From an uncultured Gammaproteobacteria bacterium (lineage in GTDB: Bacteria; Patescibacteriota; Patescibacteriia; Veblenbacterales; UBA10138): a stretch of 64,000 bases of DNA. The translations under genes and the position numbers were made by a program. The notes beneath the pieces are model-generated. The model saw nothing but the letters and a program-made list of their open reading frames with translations. It had not been told where the DNA came from and ran no database searches. Below are positions 36,581 to 45,917 of this stretch, piece after piece; the stretch's first letter is position 1, and every line of letters begins with the position of its first letter. The stretch spans positions 484,095 to 548,094 of the forward strand of contig CAYVOI010000001.1 of assembly GCA_964453605.1 (NCBI GenBank). The letters are read 5' to 3'.

Positions 36581-38911
36581 ATGCCAGCACCGCGCTTTTC
36601 AGTTATTATTGTTTCCTGGAACGTTTCGACTAAGCTGTCAGCCTGCCTCGACAGCTTGGCCTGTGCCGGCGCCGCTACCTGGGCGGAGGTACTAGTGGTA
36701 GACAATGCTTCTAAGGACGGTAGCGCTGACATGGTCAGGACCCGCTACCCGTGGGTTAAACTTACAGCGCTTACCTACAACGCTGGTTTTGCGGCAGCTT
36801 GCAACCTAGCTGCAAAAGCTGCCACAGCGCCTCACCTGGTACTCCTAAATCCAGACACGGAGGTGGGGGATAAATTTTTCGATACCCTAGCGACAGCCTG
36901 GCAGGCTCATCCGCAAGCGGCGGTCATTGGTGGCAAACTCCTGAATGAAGATGGCACGATACAGCCTTCAGTACGTGGTTTCCCTACGCTCTGGTCATCG
37001 CTGCTTGATTCAGTAAAACTCTTGGGTCGCTTCCCTCAGCTTGCTCCCCGCTACCTTAAAACCACCTTTGATTACAGTAAAGTACAAGCCGTGGAACAGG
37101 TCATGGGTGCTTGTTTTAGTGTTTCGCGCCAGACATGGGATGCCTTCCACGGGCTGGACCAAGGCTACTGGATTTGGTTTGAAGAAGCTGACTTTTGTAA
37201 ACGTGCCCATGACCGTGGTTTAGAAGTGTGGTACGACCCCGAAATTCTGGTCCGACATACACTTGGGGCAAGTTTTCGGCAGCTGGGGTACCTGGAAAAA
37301 CACCAGCGCTTCACCAAAAGCTTACTTCGGTACTTGAGGCTCCACGCCTCACCACTAACGTTCTGCTTGGTTTGGCTTACCTCGCGGCCATGGTTTGTGG
37401 TAGCGTGGCTGCTAGACGTCGCCCGACCAAGGGCTACCCTAGTCACTCCAACGGCATTGGCAGTCTGCTTGGCCTGTTTGGAAGGGCTGTCATGGTGGGG
37501 CTGGCACAGCCCACTCGTCGGGAGCGTAACGGCCCTAGCGGTTACAGTCTTGTGGTTCTCTATAGCAGCACGAAACCTTTCCCTAGGAGTTGCCCTGCTG
37601 GTCCTTGAACTCGTGGTCGGCTCGTTGGGAGGTTTGGTGTACCTAGAACTTGGCGGTGTGCACCTGTCTTTGAGGCAACTTCTGTTTATAGCAGGCCTGA
37701 CCCTCATGGTCTGGCGTTTGGTTACCCGGCAAGATTTTGCCCTCACCCGGTACCCCCGGCTTTTAACCTGGTACACAGCGGCACTCGCGGCCTTGGGGTG
37801 GGGGAGCGTGGTGGCCCTAAGCCTTGGCCGGAGCCCGGCTGATTTTTTCTTGGACCTACAGCGCTACCTCTACATACTCCTTTTTCCATTGTGCTTCGAA
37901 GCTCTGCATGAAAATGAGGGGTTGAAACTTATGCAGCGCGTACTTACCACAGGGCTAGTTTGGCTTGGCATCAAAACTACATCCACACTCTACCTCTTTA
38001 GCCACTTAAACGCCGACCAGCTCATCAGCTACTACCAGTGGTGGCGGCAAACTGGCTTTGGCGAGATAACCTACGTCAGCGGCAACTTCTTCCGTGTATT
38101 TTCTCAAAGCCAGGTATTCGCGGCACTAGGGAGTGCTGCGGGCTTTGCTTGGCTCTGGCGCGACACACAAGCCCGAGTAAGCTGGCAGAAACATATAGCC
38201 GCCTACCTGTTCCTTTGGTTCAGCTTGAGTTTGCTCTTCATGAGTTTCTCTCGGAGTTTTTGGCTGGGTACTGCAGTGGCGTGGGTGGTAGTTCTACTCC
38301 CATCACTGTTCCGACGTGGCGCTAAAGTCACCTCATACCTTAAGTACCTTGCAGTCTCTGCTATACTCACCGCGAGTGCAGTGGGTTTCACGCTTGTGGT
38401 AACACAAGTTCCTTGGCCGCTGCCACCTTTAAGTAGCGCGAACGCTAGCCTACTAGCTGACCGTCTCTCTAAAGGCGAAGCTGCGAGCGCAAGCCGTTTA
38501 GCACTCTTGCCCCCTCTAGGACAGGCGGTCTTAAGCCGCCCGATAGCTGGAAGCGGCTTTGGCGCTACGGTGACGTTCTTAAGCCGCGACCCTAGACTTA
38601 TCCGCAGTACAGCTGGGGGGAGCGGACTAACAACTACCTACTCATTTGAGTGGGGCTACCTCGACCTCTGGCTAAAACTCGGGCTACTGGGCTTAAGCCT
38701 CTACCTGGGGTTCTGGTTATATGGCCTCTGGCCGGCAGCAGCGGGCTGGTGGCAGCGCGAACCCTTTGGTGTTAGCATAACTGCCGCTGCTACTGCACTC
38801 CTCGTCCTGAACCTCACCACGCCGTACCTCAACCATCCCCTAGGCATTGGTGCGCTAATGGCGCTGGTCGCAGCTGCCTGGCAGAGGCCACCAGCCGAAG
38901 CAACCGTATGA
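36581..38911 (+). CDS. GT2 glycosyltransferase fused to O-antigen ligase/polymerase-like membrane domain
   Basis: IIVSWN, VVDNASKDGS, LNPDT, EEADFC in the N-terminal part; many TMs with SFSRSFW, RPIAGSGFG, EWGYLDLWLKLG, PYLNHPLG. Confidence 0.8.
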   Translation: MPAPRFSVIIVSWNVSTKLSACLDSLACAGAATWAEVLVVDNASKDGSADMVRTRYPWVKLTALTYNAGFAAACNLAAKAATAPHLVLLNPDTEVGDKFFDTLATAWQAHPQAAVIGGKLLNEDGTIQPSVRGFPTLWSSLLDSVKLLGRFPQLAPRYLKTTFDYSKVQAVEQVMGACFSVSRQTWDAFHGLDQGYWIWFEEADFCKRAHDRGLEVWYDPEILVRHTLGASFRQLGYLEKHQRFTKSLLRYLRLHASPLTFCLVWLTSRPWFVVAWLLDVARPRATLVTPTALAVCLACLEGLSWWGWHSPLVGSVTALAVTVLWFSIAARNLSLGVALLVLELVVGSLGGLVYLELGGVHLSLRQLLFIAGLTLMVWRLVTRQDFALTRYPRLLTWYTAALAALGWGSVVALSLGRSPADFFLDLQRYLYILLFPLCFEALHENEGLKLMQRVLTTGLVWLGIKTTSTLYLFSHLNADQLISYYQWWRQTGFGEITYVSGNFFRVFSQSQVFAALGSAAGFAWLWRDTQARVSWQKHIAAYLFLWFSLSLLFMSFSRSFWLGTAVAWVVVLLPSLFRRGAKVTSYLKYLAVSAILTASAVGFTLVVTQVPWPLPPLSSANASLLADRLSKGEAASASRLALLPPLGQAVLSRPIAGSGFGATVTFLSRDPRLIRSTAGGSGLTTTYSFEWGYLDLWLKLGLLGLSLYLGFWLYGLWPAAAGWWQREPFGVSITAAATALLVLNLTTPYLNHPLGIGALMALVAAAWQRPPAEATV

Positions 38912-39972
38912 CCCCTGAGCGTTTCACTACCACTATCTCACTCGTCACCTACAACGGCTCCCGCTGGCTACCGTTCTGCCTTGAGTCACTGCTTAAGAAT
39001 ACTGACCAAGATTTCTTTCTTATGGTGGTTGATAACGGTTCTATCGATGGGTCAGCTGAGCTAATAGAAAAATATGTCGCTGGAAAGCCTGAACTTACCG
39101 GTAGGTTCAGATTAGTACGTAACAAGCAAAACCTGGGCTTTACTCGCGGGCACAACCAATGCCTAGCTTGGACCCAGAGCGACTACGTGCTGCTCCTCAA
39201 CCAAGACGTAGTGCTTGACCCAGACTACATCAAGGCCTGCCGCCAGGCGTTGGACGAAAACCCCAACGTGGCTGCGGTCTCAGGTAAGCTGCTGAGGTGG
39301 CAATTTGACCCTGCTACGTTTCACCTCGGTGACCTGGCGGCACCTAACCCTAACGCGCGCATTGACTCGGTCGGCCTTACCATACACCGTAGCCGGCGCG
39401 TCACCAACCAAGGCTTTGGTGAAGTAGAGGCCGGACAGTATAACCAAAGCCGTGAAGTCTTTGGGGTAGCTGGTACAGTGCCCTTCTACCGCCGCCAGGC
39501 GCTCGAAGCCGTAAGCCTTGGCACCCAGGTGCTCGACGAGCTTTTTGTCTCCTACAAAGAAGATGTCGACCTAGCTTGGCGCCTCCAGCTCGCTGGCTAC
39601 CAAGCCTGGTACCTGCCTGAAGCGGTAGCCTACCACGACCGGTCTTTAGGCGGCGTGGATAGTGGCTGGTCGTGGCAACTGGTACAGCAGCACCGCCGCT
39701 TCCCCCGCCAGCTCAAAATATACTCCTGGACCAACTACTGGGGCGTACTCCTCAAAAACGACAGCCTCCTCAACGTCGTCCGTGACCTGCCCTGGATTTT
39801 GGTGTACCAGCTCAAAGTGTTTGGTTACCTGCTCCTCTTTGAACCTCGAACGTTGTGGGGGGTTGTCGTACGTACCCTGCGTCTAGCACCAAAGTTTTGG
39901 GCCGAGCGCAAACAACTTAAGCCCACGCGTCACGTGAACCCTCGCACCCTCCGGCATTGGTGGGTACACTAA
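38908..39972 (+). CDS. GT2 glycosyltransferase
   Basis: LVTYN, VVDNGSIDGS, LLNQDV, YKEDVDLAWR. Confidence 0.88.
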   Translation: MTPERFTTTISLVTYNGSRWLPFCLESLLKNTDQDFFLMVVDNGSIDGSAELIEKYVAGKPELTGRFRLVRNKQNLGFTRGHNQCLAWTQSDYVLLLNQDVVLDPDYIKACRQALDENPNVAAVSGKLLRWQFDPATFHLGDLAAPNPNARIDSVGLTIHRSRRVTNQGFGEVEAGQYNQSREVFGVAGTVPFYRRQALEAVSLGTQVLDELFVSYKEDVDLAWRLQLAGYQAWYLPEAVAYHDRSLGGVDSGWSWQLVQQHRRFPRQLKIYSWTNYWGVLLKNDSLLNVVRDLPWILVYQLKVFGYLLLFEPRTLWGVVVRTLRLAPKFWAERKQLKPTRHVNPRTLRHWWVH

Positions 39973-39976
39973 ACCT

Positions 39977-40786
39977 ATGAAGCTCTCGGTAATCATCCTA
40001 AACTTTCACAGCGCTGGTTTGGTCAAACAGTGTCTGAAGGGATTGTCGTCTGCCAACCTCAAGCTGGACTACGAAATTATCGTGGTAGACAACGCCTCAC
40101 ATGACGGTTGCCTCGAAGCCGTAGCCCGCGACTGGCCGAAGGCACAACGTGTCGCCTTGCCGGTAAACCGAGGCTACGCCGCGGGCAATAACGCCGGGCT
40201 TAGAGCGGCGACGGGCGAATATATTCTCATCCTGAACCCTGACATCGCCGTGCTCCCTGGCGCGCTTGAAACTTTGGTTGAATGTATGGACCAAAACCCG
40301 AACGTTGGCCTGGCCGGCCCGAGGCTGGTAAACCCCGATGGCAGCCTCCAGTACTCAAGCTACCGCTTTCCCCGGGTGTACCTGCCGCTCTTCCGCCGCA
40401 CACCCTTAGGGAAACTCGGCCCCATACACCGCTGGCTCAAACACTACCAAATGGAAGACTGGGACCATCGCTCAAACCGTCCCGTGGACTGGCTCTTAGG
40501 GGCTTGCTTGTTAGCACGCCGGTCTGCCCTGGAGAGGGTGGGCCTGTTAGACGAACGCTATTTTCTCTACGTGGAGGACACCGATTGGTGCCGGAGGTTT
40601 TGGGAGGCAGGCTTTGAGGTGTGGTACGTCAGCAAGGTCGAAATTGTGCACTACCACGAACGTCTTTCAGCCCAAGCAAGTGTGGGCGCTATTTTGAAAC
40701 GTATCACCTGGATCCACATTAGCTCCTGGCTCAAGTACTTCCTCAAGTGGGGCCTCAAAGTACCACACTATGACCAAAACTCATAA
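39977..40786 (+). CDS. GT2 glycosyltransferase (WbbL-like)
   Basis: VVDNASHDG, ILNPDI, DWLLGAC, DERYFLYVEDTDWC. Confidence 0.88.
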   Translation: MKLSVIILNFHSAGLVKQCLKGLSSANLKLDYEIIVVDNASHDGCLEAVARDWPKAQRVALPVNRGYAAGNNAGLRAATGEYILILNPDIAVLPGALETLVECMDQNPNVGLAGPRLVNPDGSLQYSSYRFPRVYLPLFRRTPLGKLGPIHRWLKHYQMEDWDHRSNRPVDWLLGACLLARRSALERVGLLDERYFLYVEDTDWCRRFWEAGFEVWYVSKVEIVHYHERLSAQASVGAILKRITWIHISSWLKYFLKWGLKVPHYDQNS

Positions 40787-41498
40787 GAGCTACACCATTG
40801 GTTTCGATATCGGCGGCACGTACTTTCGCGCTGTCCTCTGGGACGGCAGGCATATTGTGCATTCTACCGTGCAGAAAACACCACGCTCAAAAACTTCATT
40901 CAAAAGGGCAATCAACCGTGCGATTCTGAAGCTTGCCCCTAAATCCACTGAGTTACACGGCATAGGTATTAGTATTGCAGGCAGACTCCAGGGTACCGTA
41001 TTGCTGGGTAGCCGCAACATTTGGAAATTGAAAAACGTAGACCTGCGCGCCTTGGTGCCTAAAAACCTGAAACTTAAAGCCGACAACGACGCACGAGCTT
41101 TCCTCCGGGGCACACCAGGGTTAACCACGCGCTATAAATCAAAACGACTCCTAGGGATAACCCTCGGCACTGGTATTGGTCGAGCGCTAGCAGTCAACGG
41201 GACAGTGAAAACCATAAAGCGGTTAGAACGAGCCGAGCCTTGGGAAGCCGAGTACCAAAGGCTCCGTTTTAAACCCAGTAATGATTTAGCGCGTTACCTC
41301 TGCACACACTTAAGCCCTATCATTAAGCGCTACCGGGCCAACCTCGTGGTAGTTGGTGGGGGAGTACTAGAACGTAAACCTGGTCTTAAAAAGGCATTCA
41401 AGAGTACCTACCAAAACCTCGGGCTTAAAGCGCGGCTTGCTTACACAAGTCACGACCCGCTCCAGGCGGCCCGCGGTACTGCCTTGCTTATAGCTTAA
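40770..41498 (+). CDS. ROK family protein (short)
   Basis: GFDIGGT, DNDARA, ITLGTGIG, VVGGGV. Confidence 0.8.
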   Translation: MTKTHKSYTIGFDIGGTYFRAVLWDGRHIVHSTVQKTPRSKTSFKRAINRAILKLAPKSTELHGIGISIAGRLQGTVLLGSRNIWKLKNVDLRALVPKNLKLKADNDARAFLRGTPGLTTRYKSKRLLGITLGTGIGRALAVNGTVKTIKRLERAEPWEAEYQRLRFKPSNDLARYLCTHLSPIIKRYRANLVVVGGGVLERKPGLKKAFKSTYQNLGLKARLAYTSHDPLQAARGTALLIA

Positions 41499-41500
41499 GT

Positions 41501-42211
41501 ATGGTGTCAGTTGTTATTCCAGCGTACAACGAAGAGGATAATCTGCCTTCATGCCTTGAAGCTTTTCTTAAACAAACCACAAGGGAGCCGTTTGAGGTTA
41601 TTGTTGTTGACAATGCATCCATTGATAAAACAGCTAAGGTTGCGAGCAATTTTAGCACAAAACTGAACCTGAAAATCATCGGCGAACCAGAAAAAGGGCG
41701 CGGTGCAGCGCGTGCTCGAGGCTTTAATGAAGCTCAGGGTGACGTGGTTCTATCAACTGACGCTGACTGTGTAGTACCACCAAATTGGATAGAAGTAATG
41801 GCCCTAGCCCTACGGAGTGACCGCGGCGTAGCGGTTTCAGGGAGCTTTGTGGTTGCGGGGCTACCACCAATAAAAAGCTTTATCTTTAGAGCAATCCAGG
41901 GTGCTGCCATGCGATTCTATCGAGTTTGGTTTCAGCACTGGTGGCTGAATGGGTTCAATTTTGCCATTTATAAGAACGCGTACCAACAGGCCGGCGGTTT
42001 CAAATCTGAACTCAACGCTCAGGAAGACATTGATCTCAGTCTACGTGTTCACAAACTCGGCCGTATTACGTATGTACCGTATTCTAAAGTACTGTTCTCA
42101 AGTAGGAGGTTCCAGGCTGGCCTCTTGAAGGGATTGTACCAGTACCTTAAAACCTTTCAGCAATACTATCTACAGGGCAAGAACGATGTACACCTCGACG
42201 ACCCACGCTAG
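41501..42211 (+). CDS. GT2 glycosyltransferase
   Basis: VVIPAYNEE, VVDNASIDKT, STDADC, EDIDLS. Confidence 0.88.
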   Translation: MVSVVIPAYNEEDNLPSCLEAFLKQTTREPFEVIVVDNASIDKTAKVASNFSTKLNLKIIGEPEKGRGAARARGFNEAQGDVVLSTDADCVVPPNWIEVMALALRSDRGVAVSGSFVVAGLPPIKSFIFRAIQGAAMRFYRVWFQHWWLNGFNFAIYKNAYQQAGGFKSELNAQEDIDLSLRVHKLGRITYVPYSKVLFSSRRFQAGLLKGLYQYLKTFQQYYLQGKNDVHLDDPR

Positions 42212-42213
42212 CC

Positions 42214-42242
42214 TTGATTTTTTACCCTAAGCTCAGTACAGT
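42214..42242 (+). promoter_or_regulatory. Sigma70-type promoter of proS (leaderless-type)
   Basis: TTGATT-N17-TACAGT, 6 nt before ATG. Confidence 0.5.
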
Positions 42243-42248
42243 ACCCCT

Positions 42249-43493
42249 ATGCGCCAGTCCAAACTTTTTACCAAAACCTCCCGCGCAGTCTCAGCTGATG
42301 AGGTTTCAGTTAACGCCCGGCTCCTCACCCAAGCCGGCTTCATCGACAAGCAAATGGCTGGGGTCTACAGCTACCTACCCCTGGGGCATTTGGTGTTTCA
42401 GAACATTTTAGGCATTATCCGCGAGGAGATGAACGCCATCGGCGGACAAGAGCTCACCATGACCTCGCTCCAACCTAAGGAACTCTGGGAAACAACCAAA
42501 CGCTGGGACACGCCAGAGCAAATTATGTACAAGTTTGAGGAAAAAGGTAGCAGCCCAGTTGGGCTAGCCTGGACGCATGAGGAAGCTGTGACACAAATCG
42601 CTAAACGGTTCATAAGTTCATACCGCGACCTGCCCCAAGCTGTGTACCAGCTCCAGACTAAGTTTAGGAACGAACCCCGCGCCAAGAGCGGCATCATGCG
42701 CACGCGCGAGTTTGTTATGAAAGACCTGTACAGCTTCCACCGTGACGAAGCTGACCTGGATAGGTACTACGAGCAGGTGAAGGCGGCCTACCTCAAAATT
42801 TTTGAGCGCTGCGGCCTGAAAGCCCTGGCGGTTGAGGCCTCAGGTGGCGCTTTTACCAAGAAATTTAGCCACGAATTCCAAGTGTTGAGTGAGGCTGGCG
42901 AAGACCACGTAGTCTACTGCGGAGCTTGTCATTACGCCCAAAACCGCGAGGTTGCTAAAGGTAAGGTAGGGGAGACCTGCCCGGCCTGTGGCAAAGGGAA
43001 ACTCCAAGAGGGCAAGAGCATAGAGGTGGGGAACATTTTTAAACTCGGCACCAAGTTCTCAGAAGACTTCAAGCTCTACTTCACCGACGAACATGGTAAG
43101 CAACAGCCGGTTATTATGGCGTCCTACGGCATTGGCCCTGGCCGAGTGATGGGTACCATTGTTGAAGTGCACCACGACGAGACTGGTATGGCTTGGCCAA
43201 CATCGGTCGCGCCGTACCAGGTACACCTCGTGCGCCTAGGAACCGAAGGTACGGTTGTCGCACAGGCTGACGAACTTTACGAAACACTCACCAAACGTGG
43301 TGTTACGGTGCTCTACGATGACCGTGATGAATCAGCGGGTACAAAGTTCAAAGACGCCGACCTCATTGGTCTGCCGTGGCGTGCAGTGGTGAGTGCTAAA
43401 ACCAAAGGACAAGTTGAGCTCAAGGCTCGTCTCGAGTCAACCACTAAACTGGTTACTGCCCCTGAACTTCTGAACACGTTTAGTGTTCAGTAA
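42249..43493 (+). CDS. proS: Prolyl-tRNA synthetase (short form without INS editing domain)
   Basis: MRQSKLF, THEE, KFRNEPRAKSGIMRTREFVMKDLYSF, EVGNIFKLGTKFS, anticodon-binding DADLIG. Confidence 0.95.
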   Translation: MRQSKLFTKTSRAVSADEVSVNARLLTQAGFIDKQMAGVYSYLPLGHLVFQNILGIIREEMNAIGGQELTMTSLQPKELWETTKRWDTPEQIMYKFEEKGSSPVGLAWTHEEAVTQIAKRFISSYRDLPQAVYQLQTKFRNEPRAKSGIMRTREFVMKDLYSFHRDEADLDRYYEQVKAAYLKIFERCGLKALAVEASGGAFTKKFSHEFQVLSEAGEDHVVYCGACHYAQNREVAKGKVGETCPACGKGKLQEGKSIEVGNIFKLGTKFSEDFKLYFTDEHGKQQPVIMASYGIGPGRVMGTIVEVHHDETGMAWPTSVAPYQVHLVRLGTEGTVVAQADELYETLTKRGVTVLYDDRDESAGTKFKDADLIGLPWRAVVSAKTKGQVELKARLESTTKLVTAPELLNTFSVQ

Positions 43494-43499
43494 AACGCT

Positions 43500-43528
43500 T
43501 TGACAGCTAAACAGGTGCTCGCTACACT
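43500..43528 (+). promoter_or_regulatory. Sigma70-type promoter of mreBCD-mrdA (leaderless-type)
   Basis: TTGACA-N17-TACACT, 6 nt before ATG. Confidence 0.65.
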
Positions 43529-43534
43529 GAGCTT

Positions 43535-44581
43535 ATGTTTGGTCGTCTCTTAGGTAAGTTCTCACGCGACATCGGCATTGATCTCGGCACTGCCAATACT
43601 CTGGTCTTTGTAAAAGACAAGGGCATTGTCATTAATGAACCCTCGGTGGTAGCAGTGAACACACGGACTGACCGTATTGTGGCCGTGGGGCACGACGCTA
43701 AGAAGATGCTTGGTAAAACCCCGGCACACATTGTCGCCTCGAGGCCCCTGGTGGACGGGGTTATTTCTGATTTCGAGGTCGCGGAGAAGATGATAAAGTA
43801 CTTCATTGACCGTGTACACCAGGGCAGCTACGCCATTGCCCCCAAACCCAGAGTTGTTATTGGTATACCCCTAGACGTTACTGAGGTAGAGCGTAAAGCC
43901 GTAGAGGACGCAGCCCTGTCAGCTGGTGCGCGTGAAGTCCTGCTGATTGAAGAACCTATGGCTGCAGCACTCGGGGCCAGGCTACCGGTGAGGGACGCTA
44001 CTGGGCACCTGCTGATAGATATTGGCGGCGGTACCACGGAAATTGCCGTCATCAGCTTAGGCGGTGTGGTACTATCGCGCAGCCTGAGAATAGCCGGCGA
44101 CGAGCTGACGGAGGCTATTGTCCAGTACGCCCGCGACCACTTTAACCTGCTCTTAGGGGAGCGTACGGCTGAAGAAATTAAAATCAAGCTCGGCTCAGCG
44201 GTTGAGCTTGAAAAACCCTTAGAAATGAAGATGCGCGGCCGTGATCTCATGACCGGGCTACCCCACGAGGTGACCGTAACTGACGCTCAAATACGCGAAG
44301 CCATGCAGAAAATTTTGAAACTCATCGTGGAAAACGTCAAAACTACCATCGAGGGCACGCCGCCAGAGCTAGTGGCGGACGTGTATGAACGGGGGCTCTT
44401 ACTTGCCGGTGGTGGTGCGCTGCTTAAGGGGCTCGACCACCTATTGGGGGAGCACCTCAGCGTGCCCGTGCAGGTGGTAGACGACCCGCTCACCGCCGTG
44501 GTACGTGGTACCGGAATTGTGCTGGAAGACGTCGAAGCTGTGCGCGACCTACTGCTGCCATCAACTTCGCCTAATCGCTAG
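43535..44581 (+). CDS. mreB: Rod shape-determining protein MreB
   Basis: DIGIDLGTANT, DIGGGTTEIAVISLGG, TPPELVAD; heads the mreC operon. Confidence 0.95.
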   Translation: MFGRLLGKFSRDIGIDLGTANTLVFVKDKGIVINEPSVVAVNTRTDRIVAVGHDAKKMLGKTPAHIVASRPLVDGVISDFEVAEKMIKYFIDRVHQGSYAIAPKPRVVIGIPLDVTEVERKAVEDAALSAGAREVLLIEEPMAAALGARLPVRDATGHLLIDIGGGTTEIAVISLGGVVLSRSLRIAGDELTEAIVQYARDHFNLLLGERTAEEIKIKLGSAVELEKPLEMKMRGRDLMTGLPHEVTVTDAQIREAMQKILKLIVENVKTTIEGTPPELVADVYERGLLLAGGGALLKGLDHLLGEHLSVPVQVVDDPLTAVVRGTGIVLEDVEAVRDLLLPSTSPNR

Positions 44582-44584
44582 CGT

Positions 44585-45397
44585 ATGCTCGCGGGCAGGC
44601 GTCGTCGACTGGTCACTAGCCTTGGCCTGGCCGCCCTCGTAGGCGCGCTGGTGCTGGCGCCGGTATGGCGTAGTCTGGAACGGCTCGTGCAACCGTGGGT
44701 GCTAGCGCTCGCCAGCCCACTGTACCGCCTCACCCAGCTCGGCGCTGCCTTGGGCTCGGGGCCACAGCTGGCGCGCGAGAACGAAACCCTGCGCCAAACA
44801 CTCGCCGCTCACCTAAGTGTAGAAACAGAGCTCCAAACCGTGCTGCGCGAAAACCAAGAGCTCAAGGCACTGAACCTGCTACCCCTAAGCGCAACCTATG
44901 ACCACCTGGGGGTAGCGATTACGGGACGGCTACAAGACGAACGTGGTACCAGCTACCTCATTAACCGCGGTTTGGCTGAGGGGCTGACGCCGGGGCTGGC
45001 ACTCGTGGCAGGCTATGGGGTACGAAATGGGAAAACGAGTGCGCTGCTCGTCGGCGTTATCACCCGGGTAGGCCCTAGCACAGCACAGTTCAGCCTAACT
45101 ACCTCAAACCAGAGCCAGGTAGTGGCTGAAGTGGCCAACGCTGCTCGCTCACGGGGTTTGGCAGTCGGGGAGTACAACCTCGGCCTTGAGCTCAGGTTTG
45201 TACCCCTGGCGGACGACCTCAGCGCTGGGCAGAGCGTGGTGACAAGTAACCTGGACAGCCTGATGCCACCCGGGCTCCTGGTTGGCACCATCACCGAAGT
45301 ACAGAAACAAGAGGGTGACTTTTTTCAGACTGCCACGCTCGCACCACCGCTCCCACTCGACAGCTTTCGCTTCCTCGAGGTGCTGAAACCACACTAA
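44585..45397 (+). CDS. mreC: Rod shape-determining protein MreC
   Basis: TM, coiled coil ENQELK, INRG..G, VVTS..PPGLLVG. Confidence 0.85.
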   Translation: MLAGRRRRLVTSLGLAALVGALVLAPVWRSLERLVQPWVLALASPLYRLTQLGAALGSGPQLARENETLRQTLAAHLSVETELQTVLRENQELKALNLLPLSATYDHLGVAITGRLQDERGTSYLINRGLAEGLTPGLALVAGYGVRNGKTSALLVGVITRVGPSTAQFSLTTSNQSQVVAEVANAARSRGLAVGEYNLGLELRFVPLADDLSAGQSVVTSNLDSLMPPGLLVGTITEVQKQEGDFFQTATLAPPLPLDSFRFLEVLKPH

Positions 45398-45401
45398 CCA
45401 A

Positions 45402-45917
45402 ATGCGCACGCTCCAGGCTCTTGTGGCTACCCTAGCTACCTGGGTAGCCTACCAACTAGCCACCCCGTACCTCAGTACGGCCGTGGTGCTCGTTCCGGCC
45501 GTTGCCTACTACTTCTGGCACCAGCAGCAGACTGCTCGTGCTCTAGCGGTACTCTTCGGCGGCGCCCTGCTGGTTGACCTCAGCCTACCCCAGGTGCACC
45601 CGCTGTACCTGACGGTGAGCTTTCTGGCTGGCCTTAGCTACCTCGGGCTGATTGAAAAACGCTTATCCCTAAGTGGCAGCTTAGGCGCCACCCTAGGCCT
45701 GCTGAGCTGGCTGGTAGCTTGGCGGATCTGGTACCTTAGCTACGTCTTGGCTGCCGCCGCGTTCCAGCACAGTGGTCTGCCTACAGTTACGAGCGTGCTG
45801 AGGCTGACGCTCACGTGGCTCGGTTGTGGTTTGGTAACCTGGAGCGTGCTCGAGCTTGGCGGCAGAGCACGCCAACGCTCACGCCGCCAGGCGCTCACCT
45901 ATGGGGCCCCTACCTAA
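45402..45917 (+). CDS. MreD-like membrane protein
   Basis: Very hydrophobic 171 aa between mreC and PBP2; call rests on position. Confidence 0.55.
   Translation: MRTLQALVATLATWVAYQLATPYLSTAVVLVPAVAYYFWHQQQTARALAVLFGGALLVDLSLPQVHPLYLTVSFLAGLSYLGLIEKRLSLSGSLGATLGLLSWLVAWRIWYLSYVLAAAAFQHSGLPTVTSVLRLTLTWLGCGLVTWSVLELGGRARQRSRRQALTYGAPT

Noticed and set aside
37165-37776. Long antisense or alternate-frame ORFs (also 35555-36106, 60295-60870, 32080-32532)
   Set aside because: Fully overlap well-supported genes and lack recognisable motifs; typical shadow ORFs.
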